Program-made: the position numbers and the translations under genes | Source of the DNA: Vicinamibacterales bacterium | Lineage (GTDB): Bacteria; Acidobacteriota; Vicinamibacteria; Vicinamibacterales; UBA2999 | Length of the DNA stretch: 64,000 bases | NCBI GenBank assembly: GCA_035626435.1 | Contig: DASPNQ010000075.1 | Location: 124-64,123, forward strand | Direction of reading: 5' to 3' | Shown here: positions 62,994 to 64,000 of the stretch, one piece after another | Layout: the number at the start of each line of letters is the position of its first letter | How positions within the stretch are numbered: position 1 is the first letter of the stretch | The notes under the pieces: model-generated | Database searches by the model: none | Told to the model about the DNA's origin: nothing | The model's input: only the letters and a program-made list of their open reading frames with translations

Positions 62994-64000
62994 GCCGGCC
63001 CCGTTGCCGCTTCGAGCTGCGGCCGCCCTTTCTCAGGCGGATGCGTTTCGTCGTCGATCGACCGGCCGCGCGGCCAGAACCAGAAGATCATCGCAATCGC
63101 CGGCGGGATTGAGCCCCAGACGAGTGCCCACGGCGAGAAGATCGACCAGATCAACATGAACGTGGTCGCCATCGCCGTGACGAACGGCCAGATGCTCGGC
63201 TCGGGCGAGTGATACCGGTGATCCGGCTCGGCGTCGAGCAGGCGTGTCACCAGCACTTCGCGTTTGTCGCTGCGCACGCCGACGACAATCGGCTGGCCCG
63301 GGGGGTCGTCCCACAGCGGATCGCGCGACGCAATCACGCGCTCTGGTGAGAAGTTGTGCGGCGGCGGCGGCGACGACGTCGACCACTCCAGCGTCGACGC
63401 CTGCCACGGGTTGGCGGCCGCGGCTTCGCCGCGGCGCAGCGCGTAGACGGCGTTGACCGTCAAGGTGAGCGCGCCAATCGCCATTGTGATCGCGCCGGCA
63501 GTCGCCGCCAGATTCAGCGTCTCCCAGCCCAGGCCGGGCAAGTAGGTGTAGACGCGCCGCGGCATGCCGATCATGCCGAGCTGATGCATCGGAAAGAACG
63601 TCAGGTTGAATCCGATGAACAGCAGCCAGAAGCTGATCATTCCCAGCCGGCGGTTCGGCATCCGTCCGGTCATTTTCGGAAACCAGTAATAGAGCGCGCC
63701 GAACAGCGGAAACACGGCGCCGCCGATCAGCACGTAATGCAGGTGCGCCACCACGAAATAAGTGTCGTGCAGCTGCAGATCGACCGGCACCGAGGCGACC
63801 ATGATGCCGGTCATGCCGCCGATGATGAAGATGACGAAGTAACCGAGCGCGAACAACATCGGCGGTTCGAGCCGGACCCGGCCGGTCCACATCGTGGCGA
63901 TCCAACAGAAGATCTGCACGCCGCTGGGGATGGCAATCATCATGCTCGCCGCCGTGAAGAAGCTCGAGCCGTTCTGAGGCAAGCCGACGGTGAACATGTG
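62990..64000 (-). CDS. ctaD: Cytochrome c oxidase subunit I, 3' portion (gene continues past the right window edge), with C-terminal 2-TM extension
   Basis: The frame is open to position 64000 (H-MFTVG... is the conserved HHMFTVG region). Later blocks VVAHLHYVL, FPMHQLGMIGMPRR and WQASTLEW. About 110 extra residues follow, including two hydrophobic helices. Confidence 0.85.
   Translation of the reverse strand, partial: HMFTVGLPQNGSSFFTAASMMIAIPSGVQIFCWIATMWTGRVRLEPPMLFALGYFVIFIIGGMTGIMVASVPVDLQLHDTYFVVAHLHYVLIGGAVFPLFGALYYWFPKMTGRMPNRRLGMISFWLLFIGFNLTFFPMHQLGMIGMPRRVYTYLPGLGWETLNLAATAGAITMAIGALTLTVNAVYALRRGEAAAANPWQASTLEWSTSSPPPPHNFSPERVIASRDPLWDDPPGQPIVVGVRSDKREVLVTRLLDAEPDHRYHSPEPSIWPFVTAMATTFMLIWSIFSPWALVWGSIPPAIAMIFWFWPRGRSIDDETHPPEKGRPQLEAATGPA

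Noticed and set aside
1-64000. Search for mobile elements, prophage, defense islands, and tRNA or rRNA genes.
   Set aside because: I recognised no transposase, integrase, recombinase, restriction-modification, toxin-antitoxin or cas-like products, and no cloverleaf-like or rRNA-like segments. Small RNAs cannot be excluded without covariance-model searches.

Overview
This is a visibly GC-rich bacterial chromosomal segment, roughly two-thirds G+C by eye (not computed). It is densely packed with about 60 protein genes and looks like core or accessory metabolism, not a mobile island. I recognised no rRNA, tRNA, CRISPR array, transposase, integrase or phage genes.

An Acidobacteriota-type genome is my inference. 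The basis is a PadR regulator directly coupled to a duplicated FtsX/MacB-type orphan permease (the ADOP type), a second such permease nearby, TonB-dependent receptors with N-terminal carboxypeptidase-regulatory-like domains, and many secreted hydrolases.

Recognisable content, left to right:
- NHL-repeat protein (runs off the left edge and is missing from the ORF track), a giant TonB-dependent receptor, a 10-Asp-box BNR/VPS10-like double-propeller protein, and a DEAD-box helicase
- GNAT, MBL hydrolase, creatininase-like protein, cytochrome c'-like protein, TPM-domain protein, PAS-GGDEF protein and PssA
- an NAD-type formate dehydrogenase operon
- PadR plus ADOP permease, GGT, and a second ADOP permease
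- aminotransferase, and a membrane/PPTase/phosphoesterase operon
- PAT-like GNAT, and a methyltransferase-glpF-glpK operon
- TrmH-family methyltransferase, NadE, a LOG-family protein and a second TonB receptor
- DCC, DUF488 and SnoaL-like small genes, an S9 peptidase and an amidase
- a block of uncharacterised paralogous secreted and membrane proteins, joined to a GHMP kinase and a nucleotidyltransferase
- a secreted HpcH-type aldolase, and a heme-copper oxidase cluster that runs off the right edge

Most noteworthy observations:
1. The formate dehydrogenase catalytic gene contains an in-frame TGA at the canonical Sec/Cys position. A SECIS-like hairpin starts 11 nt downstream. The ORF track splits this gene in two.
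2. The same FDH alpha chain is physically split, and its halves are encoded in permuted order around a NuoE-NuoF fusion gene.
3. Six intergenic spacers are filled with 7- or 8-nt tandem repeat arrays belonging to a few related unit families. Each array starts at, overlaps or immediately abuts a stop codon.
4. A convergent block of unknown-function genes (paralog pairs plus a c-type heme lipoprotein) appears to be co-transcribed with sugar-activation genes.

Many long ORFs in the six-frame track are antisense shadow ORFs typical of high-GC DNA and were rejected.
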